NCBI GenBank assembly: GCA_051294905.1
Contig: CM119374.1
Span: forward strand, 28,086,001 to 28,150,000
From: Botryllus schlosseri
Taxonomy: Eukaryota
Length of the DNA: 64,000 nt
Direction: 5' to 3'
Shown here: positions 51,761-64,000 of the stretch, piece after piece
Layout of the letters: every line of letters starts with the position of its first letter
How positions within the stretch are numbered: position 1 is the stretch's first letter
Notes under the pieces: generated by a model
Databases searched by the model: none
Told to the model about the DNA's origin: nothing
What the model saw: the letters and a program-made list of their open reading frames with translations, nothing else
Translations under genes and position numbers: made by a program

Positions 51761-54455
51761 GTAGGGCTCTTCAAAAATGACTTTTTTTTTCTCAAATCGT
51801 ACTGGCTATACTTGATAAAATTGTTAGGTTACCTAATGTAAGCCTACACACAAAATTTGGTTCAATTCCAGCCAGTTACCATTACCACCGGATATAGCCG
51901 ACGTATATCGATATGGAGGAGGGGGGAGGGGCTGGAACCATCAAAATAGTCGGTTCAACTGCAATAGCACAGAGATTTCATCAGGGAGCTATATTTACCC
52001 TATATGTTATCATCTAGTTCACTAAAGTACGCACAGTTTCACTGCGGATCGCATTGGTAATATAATTCTATGGCCCACGATTCTTCAAAGCATTGTTGAT
52101 TGAAGCAGCCCAATTTGATAACTAGTCGATTCGTCAACATGACTGACAGTTCGAGGTTAATAAATCACTAATCTCGCAATGCGCTGTTAATAGATCAACT
52201 CCCAATAGGATATGGATACAGTCGTAATTTAACATCCGCCATTTAAGATAATGCTACACTGGATATTGAGGCGATAAGCTTTGTAACATCTGGTTCTTTA
52301 CAAGCTGCTACGCACAATAGAATCTCATATTGTAAATTTTGACTTCCCTCCGCTGGCGTACTGTATCGAATCGAGTTATTCGGGTTAGCCGCTTCGCAGA
52401 TAACACCGATTGTTATTGATACCATTATGCTTTGGCACGATTGTTGTGTCAATACGTGTTGGTGTTATAGCAGAATGCAATGATTGTATATAATTTATCT
52501 GGTCATTCGGGTTTACATCGATTTCCAGAAGAGATTTATAACGGTGATATGGACCTTTTGTTGATAAAATTAAACGACATTTACCGTACCAATCATATTT
52601 ACGATGTAGGTACTTGGTGGTAGCAGATGCGTATCGGCGACCATTTTGAGTTAATTAGTATCTGTATCGTAGACAGTTTCACGATACTGGATTTCCTAAC
52701 CTGGGGACTAAAATTCATCATCTCTATGTCTGCTCCACTATATAACAAAATAAATATAGTAAAATATATTAAAGATACAAGTACAGCAATAAGGTATTTC
52801 TAGATCCTGAGTCTACTTTTCCTCACCACCATCAAACCAGCCAGTAAGACGTCACAGCAAAAATAAGCCCAATCACCACCTTAACTGCATATGTAATAAG
52901 GATAGCTAATTCATGTACTATCATGTTTATTGCGTGTTGTATTTCTATTATTTCAGCATATGGCAGTATATCATGTTTAATTTGGGTTGTATTTATATAA
53001 TTTTATCATTCTAACTGCCGGTTACTGTATGATTTTTCAAGATTTTCAAAGTGGCTCACAGTGTAAAATAGGTTGCGAACCCCGGATTTAAGCAATCGCG
53101 ATATCGGCGTCCGATCGTAATTATGTTTATTGGTGAGATTAGTCAAAAACGTCTGCGTCCTCTCTTTGTCTATATTTTCGCCTCGATCCGGATCACAGGA
53201 GTTGTCCTGGTCACATCAACTTTTATTGCTGATTTCCTGCGCCCGGACTCCAGTTATACATGCGCCAGAATAGCACTTTTATTACTCGACAGCTTACGGT
53301 ACTCCCATTGATCGTAGCGGTGTACGCCTCGTTGTATTTATGAATGCGTTAGTTAAGTTCATATTAGGCCAGAAAACTAAGCGCAGATCTAGTCTGGAAG
53401 GCGGCCTGTGGATTACTATTTCTAGACTTGGTATAATCGCGATAGCTTTTGATAGCAGTCAGCCGGGGCCTACGAATATCGAGTCAGCTATGCCAGCTCA
53501 GTGTATGAATATCTTAATCAATACGCCAAAAGATTGCGATAGAATCAAGTTATATACAAGGAGTAATGGGTATGATTTAGCAATGCATTCGTTTGAATTC
53601 GTTTAATAATTACTATCAATTGGCTACGCTGTCCCTCAAATTCTGATTGTATAATTTTCAAAAAATAGGACACATAGAAAATAGCAGGGTCAGGTAATTT
53701 TATCAACGTGTGGAAGTTGACATAATGACTTAATTTGGGTTCTATATTTCTGTAATTTGTTAAGTCAGAAATCAGGAAGATATGAAAATGTAGAATGGTT
53801 TTCATAATTTATTACATAATATGGTTACCACGCGTCCTCCTTTAGGAAGATTTGACCTCCTTTTTCAAGTGATCGAAAATGTCCTCCGAGGACGCCCAAA
53901 TGTCCTGCGTTTTTTGCAATTGGTCCTCCTCCATAGCTATGAGAGCCTGGGTATATTAAACGGGGGCAGATAAAAACAGCATAAATGACGCGAAATCCGG
54001 ATTTCGTCGGCAGTTGCGGCAAGGTTGTCTAAAAAATAATTCATCCTGTAACTTACGCCAGACCCACCATGATTGTGTAGAAAATACACGAAATCTCTTT
54101 TCTCACAAGCTTTGCGAGCTATGCCGGTGACATGTATACTTACTAAACGCAGGATTAACTCCACCACATGCACCACAACAACTTGCACGAATACAGCAAT
54201 GCTTGAAAGGTTTTTTATTGCGCTATAGCTACACGTAATTGCGAAAAAAACGCAGCAGAATCGTGCTTCCGGGTGGTCGTCGACCAGAAGCTGCATTGCC
54301 GCACACAGCATCAATATAATACCGCCGTAAACCAAACTTGACGCTGATTGGTGGAGAGACAATGACCTTGACGACGTCGTATAGCAACGGTTAACGCTGA
54401 ATTTATGTAAGCCTAAGCCAAGCTACCAATCATGGGCATATTGTATATGCATATG

Positions 54456-54694
54456 CAGTGGTGACTTTTGGGGTGGGCGAGGTGGGCGGTCGCCCGGGGC
54501 CCCCCTGGTCGAAGGGCCCCCCTCTTTGGCTTTAGCGCTTATGTCAAGGGTTGTAGCGAATAGACGTGGAAATACTTGTACCACTCAAGAAGATGATTCC
54601 GTTCAGATGAGTCAATCATAAAATCTCCGCATTTGTTATAGCCCCCCCCCCCGGAAGTCTCACCCAGGGCCCCCCAATCGTAGGGCCACCAATG
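54456..54694. mobile_element. GC-rich CAGTGG hAT MITE
   Basis: CAGTGGTG...CACCAATG; perfect TSD TGCATATG. Confidence 0.78.
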
Positions 54695-56510
54695 TGCATA
54701 TGCAATATGCATATTGACGTATAATATATAGAATTAAACTGACACCGATAATTTAACTGATCAATCGGGGCCTACGATTAATACGCAGCGTTCCTGAAGT
54801 ATAATACATACACTGACATCGGCCTCTGTGCAAAGAATTACAGTTGTTTATCGCAAACGCACTCGTTACCCTAAATACCTTGTGAGCGACGATGCGCGTG
54901 TTAGAATGCCGTGCGTTAACGGATGAAGTTCCTGTAAGTCAATAACTCTCCGTGATATACACAATGTACTAATTTAGAGGGTGGCATGGTGTGAAATGAA
55001 TGTGATATTTGTTGGATTTCGTACAACAACAAAAATCTTCGCGCGATTCCTTGCAGATAGCTTGTATAATGTACAATAATGTACATAATTATCCGAGTTC
55101 AGTGTGTAGGCTTCTGTGTTGGGTACTATAACCAATAAAAGAGATACGTAGAGATGTCGTTACTTAAACATGACTTCATCATTAAAATTTATCAACCTTT
55201 GTATTGCAAAAATTGGTTTGAGTTCATGATAAGATTTGTCCGACATTTTGGTTTCTCCTGAAAACACCGCCGGGGGCCGTTGGGATGCTTTAGTGCAGGG
55301 ATGTGCAACGAGCGGGCGCGGGACTATGAGACCCGGGTATTTCGAGGCCAACCCCTTCCGCGCCGGAACATTTGAAGAAATGAAGTTTGGACCATATACG
55401 GCTAGGCACAATGTAATGCCAGAACGATCGGTGGCATAAAAGCTATCCAAAATTGACCGTCGCTGATTCGCCAGAATCTTCGATATTAATATGTTTGTTT
55501 GTGCTATTCATGGTGTTTGTCGACTGCTATGGTCATTTACACTAGGCCAACTTTCTTCCATTATTATTCCGTAGCTGCCGACTTGTAGCAAGGCCCACTT
55601 ATAGGCTTTTTTGAGACGCCGCTTACACGGATGAGCCTAGATAAACCTCCAACACTTAGGTAGGGATTCTGGAGTCGGTCTCGGTCAGACTCGATCCATT
55701 GGTCCATTGGTGTTGCAGATGTGGATTATACCATTAACGCTATCTCGCCACCCTGATATTAATATGTCCGACCGTCGAAATTGTCGGCACCGACTAGTCC
55801 CGTCCTTGCAATCTGAGTAGACAGTATTACAAATGTAGTACAACACTGCAAATGCGACCCACAATGAAAAATAATGCACCCCTATTTGAAATCACGTGCG
55901 TCAGACATGTCTAATATGCGTTGCGAAACTGTTGTCAACGCGTCCTCACGCCCGTAAAAACGTAGCATTCTTACATATACGCATTCTTTCTACTAAAATC
56001 ACATTTGGGTCGCGGTCTAAAAAGTTTTAGGACCACTGTCTTAGGGAATATTGAAACAGTGTATATAACATTCATAGGTAATGTTACGTTCCAAGTGGCC
56101 AACGTATCAATGACGAAAGACTCGCCCACAGTGTTAAACAATCCCGACGTAATTTGGCTCACGCGTATCTGACTGCTGATACCGTAATAAATTGGACAGG
56201 CGAAGCGATTTCCTCCATTACTGCATGACAATCTGCAAACAACCGCTGCGCGGCTTAATCCGGCATGTGTTTAACGCCGATATGGTTACCTAAATCTGAT
56301 TTATCGAGCATGTATAAATGATGTACTTACGTCATTCAAATATTTCAAATTGATGATAACTAATGCGGGCGTATAGAATGTCGTCATATGTCAGATACAG
56401 TGCATTTATGTGAACTTTGTTCGTCGGTTGAATACGAGTGTAGACTTGTTCATGAGTGGAAACTGAGAATGGGTAAATCGGTGTGCTTGATCCAAGTGAT
56501 GGCTGCAGAA

Positions 56511-57104
56511 TAAGGTTGTTCAAAAATAACCTTTTTTCAGATTTTTCAAGGCTATTAACTAAAAAGTTTCAGGTTGGCTGATAAAAAGTTGCGCACCAAA
56601 TTTGCCTCAATTCCAACGAGTAGAAAGCGAAGCTGTTAGAGTTTGAAAAATTTGAATTTATTATAAAACAATTAAAAAAAATGTATTCAAATTTTACTGG
56701 CTAACCTATGCTAGACAAATTTGACTCAATTCCATCTCATAGAAGTGAAGTTATTTCGTCTTTTTATACAAAATTCTTGGATTACCCATTACTATGTTTT
56801 CAAATCCATGATTTTCAACTCCAATAACTTCGCTTCTACCAGTGGGAATTGAGCCAAATTTGGTGTGTATCGTTTTATTTGACTACTTGACAATTCCATG
56901 GGGCAGACAGTAAATTTGAAAAAAAAAAATATTCATTTTTTATAATGAATTCAAAATTTCCCAATCTGATGGCTTCACTTCTACTGGTCAGAATCGAGTC
57001 AAATTTGACGTGCAACGTTTTTCTAGCCAACCTAACAATTGTAGCTAAATTTTAGCTAGTTATCCGCGAATATCTGAAAAAAAAGTTCTTTTTGAACAAT
57101 CCTA
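56511..57104. mobile_element. Palindromic MITE (TAAGGTTGTTCAAAAA termini)
   Basis: TAAGGTTGTTCAAAAA...TTTTTGAACAATCCTA; the arms pair over most of the length; decayed TSD CTGCAGAA/CCGCACAA. Confidence 0.72.
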
Positions 57105-57177
57105 CCGCACAATAAGATATCAACAGTCAACATTTTCAAGACTTCGTAAAATATGCCAATGGCTCGAATACCAAGTC

Positions 57178-57620
57178 CAGACTTGTACAAACTGACAATC
57201 TAGTTAATTGACGGTCAACAGACTACCGTGTTTTCTGAGTAATGTTAGTCCTAGTTCTAGTTGCGATTTTTGGAAAGAGATCAGTTCTAGCTCTAGTCCT
57301 AGTTGCACACTCAAAAAAAAATAGTTTAGGAGCAGCTAGAAAACACATGCCGTCGTTCGGCGCAAATCGTAAAACTGGTGTTGTGTTCACTAGTCACAGT
57401 GGTGTAGCCGGAGAGTAGGTTTGGGGGGTCGAAACCTTTCCCATTTCGGACTTGTGCTGATATTCACGTGGTAAACCGATCCGATAAAATAAAATTAATG
57501 AGTTGTCTCGATATCGAATCTAGTTATTTGCGTTTCAGTTAGTTAGTTGTGGGTTTTTTAAGGTCTTGAGTTCTAGTTCTAGTAACGAATTTTGAAAATC
57601 CAGTAGTTTGTACAAGTCTG
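57178..57620. mobile_element. MITE with CAGACTTGTACAAACT TIRs and TAGTTC sub-repeats
   Basis: CAGACTTGTACAAACT / AGTTTGTACAAGTCTG; related fragment at about 905-1020; no clear TSD. Confidence 0.62.
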
Positions 57621-59719
57621 GCAACATCGTGCAATTTCGTTACCGGTACTGTTGTTTTGAGCAGTGTACCGATAAAGAGGTCAATTGCAGTGGTGCTCAA
57701 ACTGCTCATGCTCACTATTCTTTATCAGTAATACGTGACACGTTCATTGGCAAACGTGATCAATATCTGCTCCGCCGGTATAATTATGCTCGCCCGCTTA
57801 AAACGAGGTCACGTGTTGCCAAAACGGAGTTTTCAAATCTGTTAATCGGTCTCAACTTCCTCAGGTAAGCTACACTACCTTACTGCATGAGCTAGGGCGG
57901 GGCCTACGATAAGTTATCGTAGGCCCCGGCTAGGGTCACTATTGATTTTGCTCATTGAACTGCGGTATGTATGTCTTGACAAACAATATCCATAGATGGC
58001 TATGGCAAATATTGAGTCATTGTATGTTTGAATCCGATGTGAAATCCGACGTGATTAAATCTTATTATTGCGTCTAACGTCCCAAAATGGGACTTCAATT
58101 GTATATATCTCGACAATGAACACTGAACAGTGATACTGAGGATGGCGTGGATTTTATTGTGGCTTTATTGTATTTACCGTAAAGGTGTATGACCTAGCGA
58201 GTGACGTGGTATAAATCGATTACAACAACCCACAGAACTGTAAAATATTCAGTTGAAACGGATTCGCTTACGAGCGCTAAGCAAGTTATACCCCTAACAA
58301 AACCCGACGCACTTTCATGTTACAGTTTTGTTCCGAATCGTGAAATATAACGACATCTCTATAAACAAGGTCGGGCGCAATTAATTTCGCTGAGTAAACT
58401 TCCCGACATTGTATTTCATAATGTAATGAAAGAATTTTCAAACGGAACGGCGAGGTCTTTTTTCCTGTCTGACAGCAATGAATTATGACTTACTTGTGCA
58501 AATATTGTTGGATTGTCACGAACAATACAACACATTACTAATGTGGGCAGTGAGCAAATACACGCGGAAATGTTTCCAAAGACAGTGCCGGATGCGAAAC
58601 TTATACAGCATGCGATCGGAGCGGGCAAATCCAAATTATGAGCGCGTAAAACATGCTTTGGTATAAATGATCCAAATCTTAGCTTGATTCGGACTTGAGA
58701 CCAATGTTGAGGTTAACGTTTTGCATTCAGCAGTATCATGACGTGATTTATTGCTGTTGGAATTGTTATCATAAACTTCATGGACTATGACAGTTGTTCC
58801 TAAACTTGTTAGACCGCCCAAGCCTCACGCATCGAAATGAACGCATTTTACTCTTGGTATGCTACGATTTATTGGTATGCATGAAATACAGAATGTGCGG
58901 ACAACAAGATAATCGCAAGCGAGTTCTATGAAACATGCATGAGTGCAAATAACGTGATTTCATATTGGGCTGCATTATATTCTGGTGCCGACAATTTCAA
59001 CAACATGCCAATATTGAAGGTTTGGCCAACCAGCGACAGTCATTATATTTTCGGCACCGCCATTTGCCCAGCCGCATTTTGACCAAAAGTTTATGTCTTC
59101 CAGTGTTCCGGCGCGCATAGGTCGGCCCCGAAACTCCAGAGTCACAAATGTAAGTAAATGTCACATCGAACCAATCTGTCCAATACAAAAGTCGGCGCAT
59201 TTTCATGATCATTTATAATTTTATATTGCATACAGATTTATAGTGACCAATGGATGCCATGCATGTACTTATACTAAGGTAATATGTATGCGTTTGAAAG
59301 CTGCTCAGTTGGATAACTATGACGTTGTATTTCAGGGACTCGTATTGTGAAATCCAATTGCGACAGCATCTTCCCAAACCTAATTTTTCGCCGCCATATG
59401 TCTCGCATCCGGCGAAATCCGATTACTGGCTCGCTCGGATTTCACTTAAATTGATTTCTACCTAGATGTTTCCGTTGAGCTTCTGCGCTTCTAATCTACA
59501 TGACACACTAAACCGTATTGATCCGGAAGATTGTTTCCTAATATTGATACCTATCACATTAGTAGGGTATGGCGTGGGACGGCGGGCTGGGCAATATCGG
59601 GTACTTGAGTGATTTGATTCTAAATTTAGAATTAGGCTTAAGTCAAGTATTCAAGTATCACTAATTACAACGTCACAGCAGTATCAATGACGCGGAAAGT
59701 TCACATTGTTACTATATAC

Positions 59720-60326
59720 GAGTGGTTCTCAATCTTTATGTCGCGGACCGGTGAACCCTCAAAAACTAAAATTCACGCAAAATTGAATTACGACAATTTG
59801 AATTTAGTATTGGAAACTCCATTTCACGGTGCCTTTTTGATGCTGTATATTCATTCGTGGTTCTATTGAAGTTTCTGCAAGGCGAAGTTCGCGAAGTCGT
59901 GTTGTAGACCACTTGCTTGCTTGTGATTGTTCGGTGTCCTTTGAAAGAAATGTGAATTTGTTATTTGCTGTAGTGTCTATATACTGCAAAGAGTTGCTTG
60001 ATTGAAGTTTCTTTAAAAGTTTCCATAGTTTTCATATATAACTTGTCCGAAACGAGTTCTAGGCTACTTCTTGACAGTTTCTTAAGTCACATGTACCATT
60101 GTGAAGATCGCCTAAAGTAGACCATGCTGACCTGTGTGTATTGCGACGCCATGGAAAAAAAACGCTACACACTTCAAGATAAATTCAAAATTTGATGTTT
60201 ATTTCTCCGAGCAATGGGCAAGCACCCAACTTCTTGCATTTTCGGATTGAGATAGAAAATTCTAATATATCTGGCGGACTGGCCGAAAATTTGTTACGGA
60301 CCGGCACCTGCGGTTGAGAACCACTG
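59720..60326. mobile_element. Buster/Charlie-like MITE
   Basis: GAGTGGTTCTCAA...TTGAGAACCACTG; TSD CTATATAC/ATTTATAC. Confidence 0.72.
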
Positions 60327-62069
60327 ATTTATACGACCACAAAGAACATAACGCCAGTTCGATATCACATTATTGATCATTTGGTATTTTTTTAGACCAT
60401 AATTATTTCACTGCTTTTAGTGACGTAGTGTGGATTCATCACGACTGCACAAATATGCCATTTATGCAAAAGTGCGTAGCCTGTATTAACGAGAAATCCC
60501 AATATTCCATACTCGACCAACTCTGTCCATACCGTACCGCACCATACCAATCTATTCATTTATAAATAGTTCGTATACTTACAATACTTTTTATTCGTAT
60601 GGGATAAATAGCATGCATCTCCTGCAGTATATTCAACTCAGCACCAACAAAAGTACCGGTAGTCAATTATTCAAGTATATAGTTTCCCTTCCACACCATA
60701 CTACCGCTACCTCATATCCATTTTTAATACCGAAACATCGTATCATACCATACTCTGCATTGCATTTCAGAATGGCATAGCGTCGATTTCCTAACGTGTG
60801 CTGTATAAAATTAATATCATCAGCCCAAGCGGATACGCTGTTGGTGCATATTTCAAAGGCCGCCCGAATACAGAGCTGTATGTCCGCGGCCTAAGGGATT
60901 GGGATCGCGTCCCTGTGGATCGCTTGATTACCTGCTGTATTTAATCACTTCTAAACATTGGCTAGTGTAATATCAGAGTCGGAATCGCGCTGGATACTTC
61001 TCAAGGTCGTGCCGCCCAGTTATTCAGTGCTAATTGAAGGCTTCTTGTGTTGTATTTATATGGTAAACTACAGGGCGCGTTCTGTGAAGTTAATTTGTGT
61101 GATGTATCGATCTTTCGTGCTTACAAATCAAGTTACTTGACAGCTAAAATAGGCTTAATTACCGGCTATCGCAACACGACGGATTGGCTGAAATTATAAT
61201 TTATCGAACGTGGAGGTTGTTTAATACGGTAGCACAGATCAGAACTTTTGCCATCGTATTTGCTCAGGTCAGGTAGGGTCACGAAAATGCCCGGTCGGGA
61301 AGTATCATTCGAAAAATTGCGTTGCAAACCGTTGATTATAGCGCTGACGCTAACCTTGAGATTATAACCCGCATTGCAAATTAAGGACTAAAGGCAGTTA
61401 TTACAAATACATTCAAGGCGCTGTGCCGTAACGACGTATGGAATTGACATTCGGTTTCGTGCAATGTAGGCGATTCGTGGTGCGATGTTGAAACTGCGGA
61501 ATCAGTACTAGCAGTTCGTAATAATTTTTTCAGATTTTAAGAAACGCATAGAATGATGCACTTTTGAAAGCGTGGAATACGCTCAACAGCATTGTGATTT
61601 CTGAAGGGTCGTATATCTAGTTGTCGCAATATTGTCTAAAGATGACAGAATGTCCAATTCGTTTATCGCTTCAATTAGCAGTAACAAAGTATATAGAAAA
61701 TACTCATTTTAACAGACATGCACTGTTTAAATGTTCTTTCCAATTCTCTACTAACGATTGCCACTGACGAGTGTCATGTCAGCCGAATATATTCTGGTTC
61801 ATTTAATATGAAAATACTATTCAATAGTATATTGAAGTCCTGTATCTCAAGGAAGCTCTTCTTTTTGAAAACATGGAAAATTGCAGGCAACTCTTTCATA
61901 TCTATATCTAAATGTATTGTCCCAGAAATTAATGTATAATATTTTAGATGTGCATGCACCTGTCTGTCGACATATGCTCTAATTTTAATTCTAATGTAAT
62001 CTCTGGTTTTCTTGAAAATGCTTCAAGACAACCGTATCGTGCCAAACGAGCCGAGCATACTGTATAGAC

Positions 62070-62921
62070 CAGTGGTTCCCAAACGGTGGGGAATTCCCCA
62101 CTGGTGGGGAATTTCGGGATTTCTGGCGGGGAATAGACTCACTTTTGAAAATATCTTTACAGTAATATCCTCCTCCAATAAATGTCGTTTTGAAATGGCA
62201 ACCGAATATTTCATAGCTCATCTGCAATTTAGCGATTCATATTATCAGTGCCTCCAATTAGCAAAATCGCCTGGATAGCGACACGCGATCTCCAGAAATG
62301 TTTTTATTCATTTGTACACCATCATCGGTCACAAATCGCAGTGATAGAAAAATTCTGATTCGTTGTAATAAGAGCTCATATTGCTGAACATCTATTCAAG
62401 GGAGATCATGGACTCGCTAATTGATAGCACATCCGGTCTCGTTACAAATGAAATTACATATTTATATTCTTTCAAGTTCTTCTAGTATTGTGCGAAAGTG
62501 TAGTTGACGGCGGCTTATATATATATCGCACGCATGAGTTCGTCAACATCAGGAAGTTTATCTGACCCATGTATTATTCGATATTCACGTATGTAAATTG
62601 ATGCTACCCCGCTACATTTGGAAAATTTTCGAACCCCTCCTATTTTTCTGTTGGATGCGCGCCGGGGTGGATACATATATTTACGGAGGTACGTCTACGG
62701 TTACCAGTTCACCGCTGCGTTAATTTTATTGTGTGTTGATCAAATCCGGGGATTTTAACAATCACCAATAGCACGTACTATTTACTAAGCAAAGTCTTGC
62801 AAAATTTTATTGGAGGTAGCTCTTTAAAGGGTAGATATGGATATAGAGATTTTAGGTGGGGAATGAAGGCTCGGAATAAATCGGAAGTGGGGAATTATGA
62901 TTAAAAGGTTGGGAACCACTG
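62070..62921. mobile_element. Buster/Charlie-like MITE
   Basis: CAGTGGTTCCCAA...TTGGGAACCACTG; perfect TSD GTATAGAC. Confidence 0.9.
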
Positions 62922-63829
62922 GTATAGACATTTGCCTTTCTCATACTTATGAGAATAAACTATGGGTTGTAGTGACTCGAGTCTTCGTTGATTCGACTTG
63001 ACTTGACTTGTGTATTGACTCGACTTGTACTAGAGTCAGTGCGCGTGACTCGACCACGTTATATGATTCGATACATTCTACGTATACAATTGAAAAAATA
63101 GGCATAGAAACTTTTTGAACAAACAAGCGCAGCATTCTCACAAAGTGCAACGAAATAGGCATGGTCCAAAGATGCCAAATTATCTTTAATGTGACGTAGA
63201 AGTTGCACTTAACGGTGCGTGAGAAGTGTAGGTTGCTTCATGAACGTACAAGCCTTATGCAACCTGTACGCACAAGTGTAAAACTTGATTCGATATCCAC
63301 CTCGCATTGACAACAAACAGCCATTGTGCGTACCGAAAAAGCAACTACTGCCAACGCCAGAGCCATCACGTAGCCTTGTATTTTCGATGACTTTGATGGC
63401 TGTATCTTTAATGACTGTATCCTCAAGTGGTGAAATCGAAAACTCGAAAGGTTCTTCTGAGTGCGAAATTGCATGCTTTGAAATATTGGTCGCTGCGGTA
63501 CTGCTTCAGTCTTACTTTTCTATCAGGTAACTAGCCAGTGTAAATCATAATTATACCTTGACGCACTTGTAGTTGTGCGTGTGAAAGATGTCATTTCGTG
63601 TGTTCTGCTACATTTATTAACTATAAATGTATTGATCAAGTCAAGCGTCGTGCAATTGTTATCGTGATTAACGAATATTCTCGTCATGATTACTAGTGGT
63701 AAGTGCGCTGTTGCGTACAATAACTCTATTGAAAGTGACATCTTATACTTTCGGTTGTAGTTGCAAGATATTTTGGAGTTTTATATGTCACATCAGGGGC
63801 TTATACACAGCGTTTGACAAATGGAATTT

Positions 63830-64000
63830 TTTATAGCTTTTCCAAATTGGATTATAATTAGAATTATAGATACACCGCATTTTCCAAATTTGATTGAAAT
63901 GAGAATTATAGCTACACAATTTTTTTTTTCAAAATTACACTAGATATGAATTATAGCTACAGTTGTTTTTCCAAATTAGATGAGAATTAGAATTATAGCT
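63830..64000 (+). repeat. Degenerate tandem array (CCAAATT.GAT..GAATTATAGCTAC units) running off the window end
   Basis: At least four similar units of roughly 45-55 bp; motifs related to family H. Confidence 0.5.

Noticed and set aside
53937-54362. 141-aa hydrophobic minus-strand ORF
   Set aside because: No recognisable family, its C-terminal part lies in a MITE, and no convincing splice context.
58490-58640. AIGAGKS as a Walker A motif
   Set aside because: Spacing does not fit GxxxxGK[ST] and a stop follows two codons later.

Overview
AT-rich, intron-containing animal genomic DNA, probably a marine invertebrate such as a tunicate (inference only). Three protein-coding genes were reconstructed by hand. 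(1) PSMD12/RPN5 on the minus strand: 10 exons, 452 aa, with one GC-AG intron. (2) FARSA on the plus strand: 495 aa, completely intronless and divergent from PSMD12. (3) A 9-exon, 558-aa type-B carboxylesterase on the plus strand with an intact Ser-Glu-His triad but no signal peptide. The rest of the window, including introns and the apparently gene-free stretch from about 33.5 to 64 kb, is dense with non-autonomous DNA transposons. These are mostly hAT-type MITEs of many families with readable 8-bp target-site duplications (TSDs), often nested. There is also a tRNA-derived SINE and several unclassified short repeats. The most unusual structures are a 1.5-kb foldback built from two transposase 3' ends in carboxylesterase intron 8, a 2-kb foldback carrying a CRE/E-box palindrome, and a 3.4-kb element with 22-bp TIRs and a 7-bp TSD filling the PSMD12-FARSA intergenic region. 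All coordinates and alignments were read by eye; family names come from remembered knowledge and need Dfam/Repbase confirmation.
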